A stretch of 64,000 nucleotides of DNA from an uncultured Bacteroides sp. (GTDB taxonomy: Bacteria > Bacteroidota > Bacteroidia > Bacteroidales > Bacteroidaceae), in the NCBI GenBank assembly GCA_947173895.1, contig CAMWGU010000005.1, forward strand, positions 3,579 to 67,578, given 5' to 3'. The notes under the pieces were generated by a model that saw only the letters and a list, made by a program, of their open reading frames with translations, was not told the origin of the DNA and made no database searches. The position numbers and the translations under genes are program-made. Positions 50,850 through 62,005 of the stretch are shown in pieces. Positions within the stretch are counted from its first letter, which is position 1, and each line of letters begins with the position of its first letter.

Positions 50850-52193
50850 TTATTTACATATCGCACATCCTTGACATTTGTTCAGCTCTCCACGGAAACG
50901 TTTTTCCACCAACAGGTGCAAACGGTCCTTCAATGCATCCAAACGGATTGAATCCACCACCTCGTTCACAAACGCGAACATAAGCAACAGGCGTGCTTCC
51001 TTCAGACTAATGCCACGCTGCTGCATGTAAAACAAGGCATTCTCGTCCAACTGGCCTACCGTAGCCCCATGAGAGCATTTCACGTCATCCGCATAGATTT
51101 CCAGTTGTGGCTGAGTGTACATGTGTGCCTCGCGGGTAGCACATAGATTGCGGTTGGTCTGTTGTGAATTGGTATGCTGGGCGCCTTCACGCACCAGAAC
51201 TTTTCCGGCAAATGCGCCCACAGCCTGATCATCCAATACGTATTTGAACAATTCATTGCTGACACAATCGGACGCTTTATGATCAATGAAGGTATGATTG
51301 TCCACCTGCTCGTTCTTGTCGGCAATCACCATCCCACATAAATTAATTTCGGCTCCACGGCCGGCCAAAGTGACTTCGGTGGTATTACGCGTAGTTCCGT
51401 TGTGCAGCGTCATGCCATTCAGAAGCACATTGCTTCCTGCCTCCTGATTCACATACAGATTGCTGAAACGTACTGTGCCGGTATGAGTTTCCTCAAGTTC
51501 ATACAGATCAAAAACGGAATTTTCTTTTGCAAACACCTCAATCACTTGGGTAGAAAGGAAATTTACATGATCCATAGCATGATCGCACACCAAGAGACGG
51601 GCTTGCGCACCTTCTTCCAACACAACCAATATGCGACGGTTTACCATGAAATTGACATCCGCACGCAAGATGTTCACCAATTGAACAGGCTTGTCCATCA
51701 CTACGCCTTTGGGTACATACAGCATAAAACCGTCCTGAGCGAAAGTGGTATTGAAAGCAGTCACGCCGTCTTTAGAGGTATCGGCCAGTTTTGCATAATA
51801 TCGGCCTACCAATTCGGGATATTGCTCGGACAGTTCTTTCAGGCTACCGAGCAGTACTCCGTCAGGCAATTGTGTCTTCGGCAAAGCCTTACGATAGAAG
51901 GCATCGTTCACCATGAAATAAAGAGCGGTACTCATATTGGGCACATCGCACTTGAATACTTCATACGGATTTACCGGAATATCAAGTCGGTTCAAGTTCA
52001 AGCCATAATCTGGTTCGAACAGTTTGCTCACATCCGTATATTTATACTTTTCCTGCTTGCGGGTAGGGAAACCCAGCTTTTCGAAATCGGCAAACGCTTG
52101 CGCACGAGGAGTGTTCAACACCTCGGCACTATGCTTGCAAATCATCGCCTCGCATTGGGAAAAAAGATCAATATATTGTTGTTCTGCTCTCAT
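50850..52193 (-). CDS. sufD: Fe-S cluster assembly protein SufD
   Basis: PQLEIYADDVKCSHGATVGQLD, FYMQQRGI. Confidence 0.96.
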   Translation of the reverse strand: MRAEQQYIDLFSQCEAMICKHSAEVLNTPRAQAFADFEKLGFPTRKQEKYKYTDVSKLFEPDYGLNLNRLDIPVNPYEVFKCDVPNMSTALYFMVNDAFYRKALPKTQLPDGVLLGSLKELSEQYPELVGRYYAKLADTSKDGVTAFNTTFAQDGFMLYVPKGVVMDKPVQLVNILRADVNFMVNRRILVVLEEGAQARLLVCDHAMDHVNFLSTQVIEVFAKENSVFDLYELEETHTGTVRFSNLYVNQEAGSNVLLNGMTLHNGTTRNTTEVTLAGRGAEINLCGMVIADKNEQVDNHTFIDHKASDCVSNELFKYVLDDQAVGAFAGKVLVREGAQHTNSQQTNRNLCATREAHMYTQPQLEIYADDVKCSHGATVGQLDENALFYMQQRGISLKEARLLLMFAFVNEVVDSIRLDALKDRLHLLVEKRFRGELNKCQGCAICK

Positions 52194-52204
52194 AATCTTC
52201 TTCT

Positions 52205-52957
52205 TTATTCTCCCAATTCTGCCTTAATCCAGTCATAACCACGTTCTTCCAGTTCCAAGGCCAGTTCCGGGCCCGCTGTCTTTACGATACGACCTTTATA
52301 CAACACGTGTACAATATCCGGCTTGATATAATCCAACAAACGCTGATAATGCGTAATGACAATACAACTTGTTTCGGGAGTCTTCAGTTTGTTCACTCCC
52401 TCGGCCACGATACGCAATGCATCAATATCAAGGCCGGAATCCGTCTCGTCCAATATACTCAATTTCGGTTCCAGCATGGCCATCTGAAATATCTCATTGC
52501 GCTTCTTTTCGCCGCCGCTGAATCCTTCGTTGACCGAACGGTTCGCCAATTTATTGTCCAGTTCCACTACTGCCCGCTTTTCACGCATCAGTTTCAAAAA
52601 TTCACTGGCAGTCAATGCAGTCAGGCCTTTGTATTTACGTTGCTCGTTTACTGCCGCACGCATGAAGTTCACCATACTTACTCCGGGAATCTCCACCGGA
52701 TATTGGAAAGACAAAAATAATCCCTCATGACTGCGATCCTCAGGACTCAAGGCCAGCAAGTCTTTACCTTCAAACGTAACCGATCCTTTTGTCACCTCAA
52801 AAGCTGGGTTACCTACCAATACAGAGGAAAGGGTGCTCTTACCGGAGCCATTAGGTCCCATTATGGCATGAACTTCACCTTTCTTTATGCTTAGATTGAT
52901 ACCTTTCAATATTTCTTTGCCATTAATACTGGCATGCAAGTCTTTTATCTGTAACAT
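52205..52957 (-). CDS. sufC: Fe-S cluster assembly ATPase SufC
   Basis: GPNGSGKST, FQYPVEIPGV, GFSGGEKKR, LDETDSGLD, ITHYQR. Confidence 0.97.
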   Translation of the reverse strand: MLQIKDLHASINGKEILKGINLSIKKGEVHAIMGPNGSGKSTLSSVLVGNPAFEVTKGSVTFEGKDLLALSPEDRSHEGLFLSFQYPVEIPGVSMVNFMRAAVNEQRKYKGLTALTASEFLKLMREKRAVVELDNKLANRSVNEGFSGGEKKRNEIFQMAMLEPKLSILDETDSGLDIDALRIVAEGVNKLKTPETSCIVITHYQRLLDYIKPDIVHVLYKGRIVKTAGPELALELEERGYDWIKAELGE

Positions 52958-52983
52958 ACTTCTTTTAAATTAAGATCCTTCAT

Positions 52984-54435
52984 TTATCCTACACTTCCTT
53001 CTAAAGAAATGGCCAGCAGTTTCTGTGCCTCTACAGCAAACTCCATCGGAAGTTTGTTCAGCACCTCCTTGGCATATCCGTTTACAATCAGCCCGATGGC
53101 ATCCTCAGTAGGTATGCCGCGCTGGTTGCAATAGAACAGCTGGTCCTCGCTGATTTTGCTAGTGGTGGCCTCATGCTCCACAATAGCCGTCTCATTATGG
53201 ATATCCATATACGGGAATGTATGAGCACCACACTGGCTTCCCAACAACAAAGAGTCACATTGGCTGTAGTTGCGGGCGTTGTCCGCTTTCTGAGCCACAC
53301 GCACCAAACCGCGATAAGAGTTCTGGCTTTTTCCGGCACTGATACCCTTGCTGACAATCGTACTACGCGTGTTCCGGCCCAAATGGATCATTTTGGTACC
53401 TGTATCGGCCTGTTGATAATTGTTTGTCACCGCAACCGAATAGAACTCTGCGCTAGAATTGTCCCCGCTCAAGATACAACTGGGATATTTCCAGGTAATG
53501 GCCGATCCTGTCTCTACCTGCGTCCAGCTCAACTTGCTGCCTGTCCCTTTGCAGTGTCCGCGTTTTGTCACAAAATTATATACCCCTCCTTTGCCTTCAG
53601 CATCTCCCGGATACCAATTCTGTACGGTAGAATATTTCACCTCCGCACGATCGTGTACCACAATTTCCACTATGGCCGCATGCAACTGGTTCTCATCTCG
53701 CATAGGTGCCGTACAACCTTCCAGATAAGAAACATAACTATCATCATCTGCAACAATCAACGTGCGTTCAAACTGACCGGTATTGGCTGCATTAATACGG
53801 AAATAGGTGGAAAGTTCCATCGGGCAACGTACTCCTTTCGGAATATACACGAACGATCCATCACTGAATACAGCCGAATTCAAGGCCGCAAAAAAGTTGT
53901 CGCGCGGTCCGACCACCGAACCCAGATATTTCTTCACCAAGTCGGGATGTTCACGCACTGCCTCGCTGAACGAGCAGAAAATAATACCTTTTTCCAGCAA
54001 GGTTTCCTTAAATGTGGTTTTTACAGACACCGAGTCCATGACAGCATCCACTGCCATTCCGCTTAGTGCCATCTGCTCTTCCAGAGGAATGCCCAGCTTG
54101 TTGAAAGTCTTAATCAGTTCAGGATCTACCTCATCCATGCTCTTAGGACCTTCCTTCTTCTTAGTCGGGTCTGCATAATAAGATATAGCCTGATAGTCTA
54201 TTTCAGGAATAGTAAGATGTGCCCACGAAGGCATCTCCATTGTCAGCCAGTGACGGTATGCTTTCAAGCGAAACTCCAACAGCCACTCCGGCTCATTTTT
54301 CTTTGCGGAAATCAAGCGGATCACATCCTCATTCAATCCCCTTTCTATAATATCTGTATGAACATCTGTGGTGAAGCCGTACTTATACTTCTCCTCTGTC
54401 AGTTCTTTCACATATTTATTGGGTTCTTCTTGCAT
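52984..54435 (-). CDS. sufB: Fe-S cluster assembly protein SufB
   Basis: [48 protein letters not shown]. Confidence 0.97.
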   Translation of the reverse strand: MQEEPNKYVKELTEEKYKYGFTTDVHTDIIERGLNEDVIRLISAKKNEPEWLLEFRLKAYRHWLTMEMPSWAHLTIPEIDYQAISYYADPTKKKEGPKSMDEVDPELIKTFNKLGIPLEEQMALSGMAVDAVMDSVSVKTTFKETLLEKGIIFCSFSEAVREHPDLVKKYLGSVVGPRDNFFAALNSAVFSDGSFVYIPKGVRCPMELSTYFRINAANTGQFERTLIVADDDSYVSYLEGCTAPMRDENQLHAAIVEIVVHDRAEVKYSTVQNWYPGDAEGKGGVYNFVTKRGHCKGTGSKLSWTQVETGSAITWKYPSCILSGDNSSAEFYSVAVTNNYQQADTGTKMIHLGRNTRSTIVSKGISAGKSQNSYRGLVRVAQKADNARNYSQCDSLLLGSQCGAHTFPYMDIHNETAIVEHEATTSKISEDQLFYCNQRGIPTEDAIGLIVNGYAKEVLNKLPMEFAVEAQKLLAISLEGSVG

Positions 54436-54442
54436 ATCTATC

Positions 54443-54946
54443 TTATATTTCTATTAATTGTTCTGTTACATTCTTAAATACCGGGAAAAAGATGCCAGAG
54501 AAATCCTTCATCGGATAATATAACACAGACTCTTGCTTCTTTGTTGCGCTAATTATCTCATCTTTAGGATCTATGTATTCCAGCACATGAATAGCCAGCC
54601 CTACCAGCAACATGTATTTCAATGCTCCCAATCCGCTTCCCAGCCAACGATTCAACCATCCCAAATGGACGGCATTCAGTGCTTTTGTCAACAAAGAAGC
54701 CACAAGCGCAAAACCCAAAGGGACAGCCACCCAAATCATAATAAAAGCCAAAAGCTGTGCAATGGTGACCGAAGTACCTAAAACCGGAGCCAGCCTCTCG
54801 CCAACAGCCCCAAACAAGGCACGCGCCACCAACAATCCGGCCACCAACCCTACAATAGACGCCATCTGTTTCACAAAGCCCTTCATCAGCCCCAGAATGA
54901 CACCCACCCCGATCATAATCAATATAACAATATCTATTATTGCCAT
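54443..54946 (-). CDS. cvpA: CvpA (colicin V production) family membrane protein
   Basis: [18 protein letters not shown]; about four TM helices. Confidence 0.88.
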   Translation of the reverse strand: MAIIDIVILIMIGVGVILGLMKGFVKQMASIVGLVAGLLVARALFGAVGERLAPVLGTSVTIAQLLAFIMIWVAVPLGFALVASLLTKALNAVHLGWLNRWLGSGLGALKYMLLVGLAIHVLEYIDPKDEIISATKKQESVLYYPMKDFSGIFFPVFKNVTEQLIEI

Positions 54947-54970
54947 CTTTTATCGCTAGTATAAAAAGAA

Positions 54971-55059
54971 GTAATGTCATTCTAAACAAAGTAAAGAATC
55001 TGCCAGCCCACGCGCTGGGCAAGGTGCCAGATCCTTCGCTCTGCTCAGGATGACATTAC
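54971..55059. repeat. REP-like 32-bp imperfect inverted repeat with an inner hairpin
   Basis: GTAATGTCATTCTAAACAAAGTAAAGAATCTG versus reverse complement GTAATGTCATCCTGAGCAGAGCGAAGGATCTG; all 7 mismatches are transitions. Confidence 0.8.
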
Positions 55060-55086
55060 CATCTATATTCTCTGACTTCGATACTT

Positions 55087-58000
55087 CTACAAAGTCTGCT
55101 TAACCTCTATCTCCTCATAAGTTTCAATAACATCACCTACCTTGATATCATTGCAATTGGTCAAACTGATACCACATTCAAAGTTGGTACCCACTTCCTT
55201 CACATCGTCTTTAAAACGTTTCAAGGCATTGATGGATCCGGTGAAGACCACAATTCCATCACGAATCAAACGTGCCTTGTCCGAACGTTTCACTTTACCG
55301 GTTTTCACCATAGCACCGGCAACCAGTCCCACCTTAGTGATATTGAAGACCTCACGCACTTCGATCGTTGCAGTGATCTGTTCTTTCAATGTAGGAGCCA
55401 ACATACCTTCCATAGCTGCCTTCACTTCTTCTATAGCATCATAGATAACAGAATACTTACGGATATCCACACCTTCTTGTTCAGCCAACTTAGCGGCAGA
55501 ACTGGAAGGACGTACTTGAAAACCTACAATAATTGCATCCGATGCAGCAGCCAAAGTTACATCCGACTCGGAAATCTGACCAACTCCTTTATGAATCACA
55601 TTGACTTGAACTTGTTCTGTAGACAACTTGATCAACGAATCGCTTAACGCTTCAACCGAACCATCCACATCACCTTTGACGATGACATTCAATTCATGGA
55701 AGTCACCCAAGGCCAAACGACGACCTACTTCATCCAAGGTAAGCAGTTTCTGAGTACGTAAGCCCTGTTCACGTTGCAATTGTTCGCGTTTGTTCGCTAT
55801 TTCACGAGCTTCTTGCTCAGTATCAATTACATGGAATGTATCACCTGCTGCCGGAGCACCATTCAAACCAAGGATCAATACCGGTTCGGAAGGCCCGGCC
55901 TCCTTGATGCGCTGATTGCGTTCATTGAACATAGCCTTGACCTTACCGTATGAAGTTCCTGCTAAAACAATATCTCCCAAATGGAGCGTACCGTTCGATA
56001 CCAAGATAGTAGCAACATAACCGCGTCCTCTGTCCAACGTAGATTCAATAATAGATCCGGTAGCCTTGCGGTCGGGATTTGCTTTCAGTTCCAGCATTTC
56101 AGCCTCCAACAGCACTTTCTCCAACAATTCAGAGACACCTGTACCCTTCTTTGCCGAAATATCCTGCGACTGATACTTACCTCCCCATTCCTCAACAAGG
56201 AAATTCATAGCGGCTAGTTCCTCCTTTATCTTATCTGGGTTTGCATACGGTTTGTCTACCTTATTAATAGCAAACACGATAGGCACACCAGCAGCCATTG
56301 CATGGTTTATCGCCTCCTTAGTCTGCGGCATTACATTATCATCAGCAGCAACAATAATAATAGCGATATCCGTTACTTTTGCACCACGGGCACGCATAGC
56401 CGTAAATGCTTCATGTCCAGGCGTATCCAAGAATGTAATATGACGTCCGTCTTCCAATGTCACATTGTAAGCACCTATATGCTGAGTAATACCACCAGCC
56501 TCACCGGCAATCACATTCGCCTTACGAATGTAGTCCAGCAATGAAGTTTTACCATGGTCAACATGTCCCATCACAGTCACAATCGGAGCACGAGGTTGCA
56601 AATCTTCTTCGTTATCTTCCTCTTCCGTAATGGCCTGTGCCACTTCAGCACTCACATATTCAGTCTTATATCCAAATTCTTCGGCCACTAGATTAATTGT
56701 CTCCGCATCCAAACGCTGGTTGATAGAAACCATAATACCAATACTCATACAAGTGGCGATAACTTGCGTTACCGGGATATCCATCATGCTTGCCAGTTCG
56801 TTTGCAGTTACGAACTCGGTCAGTTTCAGTATTTTGCTTTCTTCCTGTTCCATCTCCTCCTGTTCCATCAGACGGTTTTGGACATTTTCGCGTTTTTCCT
56901 TACGATACTTGGCTGCCTTGTTCTTTGTTTTATTAGTAAGCCGTGCCAACGTTTCTTTCACCTGCTTAGCTACATCTTCATCACTGACTTCCGCTTTCAC
57001 TACCGGTTTTTTGAAACGTTCTTTTCCAAATTTTCCTCCACCCTGATTGTTATTATTAGGTTTGGAGTTGTTTCTATTCGGTTTGTTGTTATTTTCGCTA
57101 CGCTGATTATTGGATACTCCTCCGGCATTGGTTGTACCGGCAGCATTAATATCCACACGTTCCTTGTTTATTCTATTCCGCTTTTTCTTCTTAGCAGCAT
57201 CATCATTAGCAGAGGTTTTAGAAATTTTATCATCTCCCTTACGAATTTCTTTGATAATGGCATCTTTCATCTGCTTACGCTGTTCCTGACGCTGCTTATC
57301 TTTTTCTTCTCTTTCTTTCCGTTTTTCTTCCTTCGACTTTTTTCTCGGACGGGTAGACTGATTCAATGCAGCCAAGTCAATCTGACCTACTACATTTATT
57401 TTCGATTTAAATTCAGTAGGACGAATTTTAAACACATCGTCTTCTTTTTCCTGAACGGGAACTACTTCATGCGTTTCTTTTTCCATCTCTTTCACCTGGG
57501 GTGTCTTTTCTTCCATCTTTTCAATTTTTGACTCTTTTTTCTCTTCCTGAGCAGGAGTCGGAATGGGTTGAAGTTGTGAAACCGATTCCGGTTTTTCTTC
57601 TTCTAGCGCCACAAGCTTCGGCATTTCTTTTTCGGTTTGGGAAATATTTTCTTTCCCAAGCACTTTTTCCACCACGGGTTCTGCCTTCAGATTTTGTTCA
57701 ACCACTTTTACCACAGGTTCGGTAACTTTCGATACGGTTTTCTTATTTAAATTATCCAAATCGATTTTACCCACTTGCTTCAGTTTGGGGCGTGCTTCTT
57801 CAGGTACTACAGTCTTAACCACTTCCTCCTTCTCCTTTTTCGATTCAAATCCCTTGATCGAAATGGAAGCTTTATTGCGGTCCTTATTCTGTCTTTCCTG
57901 ACTGAATTTTTCAGACTCTTTTTTCAAATTTTTATCTGTGCTGAACTCTTTCACAAGTACAGCATATTGTTCTTCGGTAATTTTCGCATTAGGACTAGCC

Positions 58001-58092
58001 TCAATCGTATAGCCCTTCTTCTGCAAGAATTCAACTACCGTCGTTATTCCTACATTTAAATCTCTTGTTACTTTGTTCAGTCTAATCGTCAT
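55087..58092 (-). CDS. infB: Translation initiation factor IF-2
   Basis: [47 protein letters not shown]. Confidence 0.98.
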   Translation of the reverse strand: MTIRLNKVTRDLNVGITTVVEFLQKKGYTIEASPNAKITEEQYAVLVKEFSTDKNLKKESEKFSQERQNKDRNKASISIKGFESKKEKEEVVKTVVPEEARPKLKQVGKIDLDNLNKKTVSKVTEPVVKVVEQNLKAEPVVEKVLGKENISQTEKEMPKLVALEEEKPESVSQLQPIPTPAQEEKKESKIEKMEEKTPQVKEMEKETHEVVPVQEKEDDVFKIRPTEFKSKINVVGQIDLAALNQSTRPRKKSKEEKRKEREEKDKQRQEQRKQMKDAIIKEIRKGDDKISKTSANDDAAKKKKRNRINKERVDINAAGTTNAGGVSNNQRSENNNKPNRNNSKPNNNNQGGGKFGKERFKKPVVKAEVSDEDVAKQVKETLARLTNKTKNKAAKYRKEKRENVQNRLMEQEEMEQEESKILKLTEFVTANELASMMDIPVTQVIATCMSIGIMVSINQRLDAETINLVAEEFGYKTEYVSAEVAQAITEEEDNEEDLQPRAPIVTVMGHVDHGKTSLLDYIRKANVIAGEAGGITQHIGAYNVTLEDGRHITFLDTPGHEAFTAMRARGAKVTDIAIIIVAADDNVMPQTKEAINHAMAAGVPIVFAINKVDKPYANPDKIKEELAAMNFLVEEWGGKYQSQDISAKKGTGVSELLEKVLLEAEMLELKANPDRKATGSIIESTLDRGRGYVATILVSNGTLHLGDIVLAGTSYGKVKAMFNERNQRIKEAGPSEPVLILGLNGAPAAGDTFHVIDTEQEAREIANKREQLQREQGLRTQKLLTLDEVGRRLALGDFHELNVIVKGDVDGSVEALSDSLIKLSTEQVQVNVIHKGVGQISESDVTLAAASDAIIVGFQVRPSSSAAKLAEQEGVDIRKYSVIYDAIEEVKAAMEGMLAPTLKEQITATIEVREVFNITKVGLVAGAMVKTGKVKRSDKARLIRDGIVVFTGSINALKRFKDDVKEVGTNFECGISLTNCNDIKVGDVIETYEEIEVKQTL

Positions 58093-58133
58093 ACTCGCTT
58101 TTTAATTATTAACTACGAGCCGGGACAGAAGAA

Positions 58134-59390
58134 TTACTCTTCAAATTCAGCTCTTAAAACTCTCAATACGTCATCAACCGTATTTTCTTCCAAGTCCGCT
58201 TTTTCTATCAACATTTCGCGTGGAGCGTTCAGCACAGCCTTAGCCGTATCCAATCCAATACTCTTTATGGCTGTGATAACCCATTCATCAATCTCGTCCC
58301 TGAATTCATCAAGATAGATATCTTCATCCATCGCGTTTTCATCCAATTCGCGGTACACATCAATCGTATATTCGGTAAGCATACTGGCAAGCTTAATATT
58401 CATACCTCCCTTACCGATTGCCAAAGACACTTCTTCCGGCTTCAGATATACTTCTGCTTTCTTCTCTTCTTCATGCAACACAATGGAAGAGATTTTTGCC
58501 GGGCTCAACGCACGCTGAATAAACAGTTGGATGTTAGAGGTATAATTAATCACATCGATATTTTCATTACGCAATTCGCGCACAATACCATGAATACGCG
58601 ATCCCTTCACACCCACGCAGGCACCTACCGGATCAATTCGGTCGTCATACGACTCAACAGCAATCTTGGCACGTTCACCAGGGATGCGTGCAATTCTTTT
58701 AATTGTGATTAACCCGTCATTAATTTCGGGCACCTCCATTTCAAACAAGCGTTGCAAGAACACAGGTGAAGTACGACTCAGGATAATCTTCGGATTGTTA
58801 TTCTTATTATCCACACGAGCAACTACAGCGCGGGCCGTTTCACCCTTGCGATAGAAGTCGCTTGGGATTTGTTCAGTTTTGGGAAGAAGCAACTCATTGC
58901 CTTCATCGTCCAGCAAGAGCATTTCTTTTTTCCACACCTGATAAACTTCCGCACTGATCACAGTACCCACCTTATCAATATATTTGTTATACAAACTATC
59001 CTTCTCAAGTTCCAAAATTTTGGAAGCCAAAGTCTGACGTAAATTCAAAATAGCGCGACGACCAAACTTGGCAAAAATAACCTCATCGGTCACTTCCTCG
59101 CCCACTTCGTAAGAAGCATCGATTTTTTGTGCCTCAGTCAATGAAATCTGCATATTAGGATTTGTCAAATCCTCATCTGCCACCACCTCGCGGTTACGCC
59201 ATATTTCAAAATCCCCCTTGTCAGGATTTACAATAACGTCGTAATTTTCATCAGTGCCAAACATTTTCGCAATCACACTACGGAAAGACTCTTCGAGAAC
59301 ACTCACCATAGTTGTTCTATCAATATTCTTTAATTCTTTAAATTCCGAAAATGTATCAATCAAGCTGATTGTTTCCTCTTTCTTGGCCAT
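58134..59390 (-). CDS. nusA: Transcription termination factor NusA
   Basis: FGRRAI, ARIPGERAKIAV, DPVGACVGVKGSRI, AIGKGGMNIKLAS. Confidence 0.98.
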   Translation of the reverse strand: MAKKEETISLIDTFSEFKELKNIDRTTMVSVLEESFRSVIAKMFGTDENYDVIVNPDKGDFEIWRNREVVADEDLTNPNMQISLTEAQKIDASYEVGEEVTDEVIFAKFGRRAILNLRQTLASKILELEKDSLYNKYIDKVGTVISAEVYQVWKKEMLLLDDEGNELLLPKTEQIPSDFYRKGETARAVVARVDNKNNNPKIILSRTSPVFLQRLFEMEVPEINDGLITIKRIARIPGERAKIAVESYDDRIDPVGACVGVKGSRIHGIVRELRNENIDVINYTSNIQLFIQRALSPAKISSIVLHEEEKKAEVYLKPEEVSLAIGKGGMNIKLASMLTEYTIDVYRELDENAMDEDIYLDEFRDEIDEWVITAIKSIGLDTAKAVLNAPREMLIEKADLEENTVDDVLRVLRAEFEE

Positions 59391-59392
59391 AA

Positions 59393-59860
59393 TTATTTAA
59401 AACTAATTAAGTATTTAGTGTATTTTATTTCATCATACGCAAAAGTCACATCTTCTTCCACCAGTTTGGGGCGTTTAGCACCTTCCGGCTTCACTTTCCT
59501 TTCAACAGTCACGGTAAAGGCATTCTCATTCGCATCTTTCAATACACCTTCCAGTTTTTTTCCTTCCTTGGTCAGGACTTCTACATCCTTACCGATGTGT
59601 ATCAGATACTGTTTCAACACCTTAAAAGGCTGACCTATACCGGCCGACCCCACCTCCAATTCATAGTCTTCCTCTTCACGGTCCAGTTTAGACTCAATGT
59701 AGCGGCTAAGTTCTACACAATCGTCAATCCATACTCCTTCGGCATGGTCTATTTCTACCACAATTTTGTCATCCGGGGTCACTGCGACATCTACCAGAAA
59801 GTAATCTTTACCCTCCAACCATTCGTCAACAATCCGGCTTACTACATTTTTATCTATCAT
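59393..59860 (-). CDS. rimP: Ribosome maturation factor RimP
   Basis: IDDCVELSR, ELEVGSAGIGQP; first gene before nusA. Confidence 0.95.
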   Translation of the reverse strand: MIDKNVVSRIVDEWLEGKDYFLVDVAVTPDDKIVVEIDHAEGVWIDDCVELSRYIESKLDREEEDYELEVGSAGIGQPFKVLKQYLIHIGKDVEVLTKEGKKLEGVLKDANENAFTVTVERKVKPEGAKRPKLVEEDVTFAYDEIKYTKYLISFK

Positions 59861-59878
59861 GTATTCACTTTTAAGAAC

Positions 59879-59902
59879 AAAAAAAGGGCTTGTTCAAGCC
59901 CC
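59879..59902 (-). terminator. Terminator-like hairpin in the rimP 5' leader (putative attenuator)
   Basis: Minus strand GGGCTT-GAAC-AAGCCC-T7, between the -7 box (TATCTTTG, 59923-59930) and the rimP ATG. Confidence 0.7.
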
Positions 59903-59998
59903 ACCATTCATCCATTTCGTTGCAAAGATACAAATTATCTATCAGTACCACAAAATATTCTATTATTTTTTTGTAGTTTTGCAAAAACGAATAATAAT

Positions 59999-60412
59999 AT
60001 GGGCAAAAACAGTCTAAATACAAACAAACAATTTATGGTAGGAAACGGCATATTAGCCTTTGGAGTGTTCGCAGTTGTCATCATCTTCCTATATATGTCT
60101 TTCCGATTCAAACGAGATGCAGACAAAATTCATACATACGATGATGTATATTTTATCGAAATAAGTAATGACTTTATCGGTGATAGTATAGCCGTTTATA
60201 TGAACGACAGCCTGTTGCTGAACCGCACCATGACGGATGCCACGGTAAAACTGGAAATCAAACGGTTTGCCGAAGACAACGTGTTGATGGTAGTGGACAA
60301 CCGGACAGACCGCACAAGCCCTTTCAATCTGAATCCCAAAGGCAGCCGTGTAGAAGTGAAAAAAAACGGAGATACAATATACATTCTGGAACAAAAAACA
60401 GAACGCAACTGA
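59999..60412 (+). CDS. Hypothetical single-pass membrane protein
   Basis: ATG at 59999 after TAGTTTTG box (59974-59981); N-terminal TM and beta-rich C-terminus. Confidence 0.75.
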   Translation: MGKNSLNTNKQFMVGNGILAFGVFAVVIIFLYMSFRFKRDADKIHTYDDVYFIEISNDFIGDSIAVYMNDSLLLNRTMTDATVKLEIKRFAEDNVLMVVDNRTDRTSPFNLNPKGSRVEVKKNGDTIYILEQKTERN

Positions 60413-60459
60413 AACTTCAACCAATCAAACCTTTTTTTATTTTATCGCAATCAAAAACA

Positions 60460-60709
60460 ATGGAATACATTAATGATTTTCACAAACAATGGATAGAGCG
60501 CACACACCAATCAATAGTCTCTTGAAGCAAGCAACCTGCATCGTTAGAAATACATGAGGGCACTCGGTTTTGAAATGGATTTCATAGACGAATACTATAA
60601 CAAAGACTATAAATTGTTTGACGCAGTGCCCAATAATGTGCTTTATGGGATAGATGAAGATTTATATTTCATTGATACGCAAATCAGAATGACAAACAAT
60701 GCAATGTAG
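60460..60709 (+). pseudogene. Remnant resembling a polyvalent-protein-associated Ser/Thr/Tyr kinase (Kinase-PolyVal-like)
   Basis: 60554-60709 translates as MRALGFEMDFIDEYYNKDYKLFDAVPNNVLYGIDEDLYFIDTQIR (DxxxxN...FID kinase-like), preceded by an in-frame stop and broken frames. Confidence 0.55.
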
Positions 60710-60844
60710 GCTTTTCCCGATTTCAATAAACAGACAATCCTGCCATCACTCAAAAAACAGAGTCTGACAGGAGAATCCGTTTGCCATACATGTAGGCACG
60801 TTCTCATCTACAGGCAACAAATGCGATGAGATCTTTTCCACATG

Positions 60845-61345
60845 TCAGAAATTCAAGTCAAAACGACCTTCTTTCATTCTTCCCCCTTCAAAGGTGCCAC
60901 TGATTATTTTACTATCCAAGTCAAAACGAGTGATATGAACAATCCCATCTCCCAATTCTTCATGCCGGTTTCCGTTGCTAAGTACTGCATCTGCATAAAT
61001 GGTTTGGCCTGATGCCTCTGCAGAAGCACTGCAAATCGTAATGGTATTCTCCTGAGGATCAACAATATTAAAAGACAAAACCAAATTAGTATCTATCCGG
61101 ACGGATATCCTGACTATTGATTTCTCGTCCTCATTAAAAGCCGGATAATAAACAGCCTTGCAATCCGATGCATATCGCTGGGCTGTATATACCCAACCAT
61201 CTATCAGACAGCCAAAAGTATTAGCACCTGTCTGAGTGGCAGGAGGCATAAGAGTAGGATCAACCGAAAAGTCTTCTTCGCCACAAGAACTGCATAACAC
61301 AACAGTCAATAGAGTGAATAAAGTCGCAATAAGATGTTTTATCAT
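60845..61345 (-). CDS. Hypothetical lipoprotein
   Basis: Lipobox LCSS-C, PPATQTGANTFGCLIDG motif, SGTFE...EGRFD end. Confidence 0.8.
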   Translation of the reverse strand: MIKHLIATLFTLLTVVLCSSCGEEDFSVDPTLMPPATQTGANTFGCLIDGWVYTAQRYASDCKAVYYPAFNEDEKSIVRISVRIDTNLVLSFNIVDPQENTITICSASAEASGQTIYADAVLSNGNRHEELGDGIVHITRFDLDSKIISGTFEGGRMKEGRFDLNF

Positions 61346-61357
61346 AGCCTGATCTTT

Positions 61358-62005
61358 TTAAAAGTGATAATTAATACCTGCCGAGAAGGATAGTTGTGAA
61401 ATATCATCTGAACCATTTATCGGATAATGCGGCCGCACCAGCCACTCTTTGTCATGATAGCGAACCGAATATTCACCAGAGCGTGCCAGGATATAGTTTA
61501 CTCTCGCACTGACTCCCCAACAATCGAAGAAACGATATTCGCCACCGATGCCCAGATTGGCCGCCCATTTGTTCATGGACACTTTTCGGGGCTTGCCATA
61601 CACCGTACTGTTATTTTTATACCACTGATAACCTGTTCCGGCAGTGAAAGACAAACTGAATTGTCGTTTCAACCAATGCAAAGAAAACTGTGGAGCAACA
61701 TAATGCGTCTGAATTCTATCAGTACTATTCAACGCACCATCGGTATATCGGCTACCTTGATAGAGTATTCCGAAGCCAACCTTTAGGGCCGGTTTATTAC
61801 CAATTAAGTACGTATAATTTCCCGACCAACCTACACCGTTGCGTAAGTCTGAAGAGTGCCCCGCCACTCCTACCAGCTTTCCCGTATAAAGGACAGGCCC
61901 TGACTGAAAAGAAAGGATGGACTTTTGGGAAATATCGGACTGTGCATGCAATGCGGGTAAACACAACCACACGACCGATACTAAAAAAGACAATTTGTTT
62001 TTCAT
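61358..62005 (-). CDS. Small outer-membrane beta-barrel protein
   Basis: Signal peptide (..ALHA-Q), about 8 amphipathic strands, C-terminal GINYHF. Confidence 0.85.
   Translation of the reverse strand: MKNKLSFLVSVVWLCLPALHAQSDISQKSILSFQSGPVLYTGKLVGVAGHSSDLRNGVGWSGNYTYLIGNKPALKVGFGILYQGSRYTDGALNSTDRIQTHYVAPQFSLHWLKRQFSLSFTAGTGYQWYKNNSTVYGKPRKVSMNKWAANLGIGGEYRFFDCWGVSARVNYILARSGEYSVRYHDKEWLVRPHYPINGSDDISQLSFSAGINYHF

Noticed and set aside
54564-55022. 152-aa alternative-frame ORF overlapping cvpA
   Set aside because: Same-strand out-of-frame overlap with a clear CvpA gene; it begins inside the REP-like hairpin and has no recognisable features
59597-59998. N-terminal extension of the 59999-60412 gene given by the ORF track
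   Set aside because: It overlaps rimP and its promoter on the other strand; a -7 box and ATG at 59974-60001 give a better start
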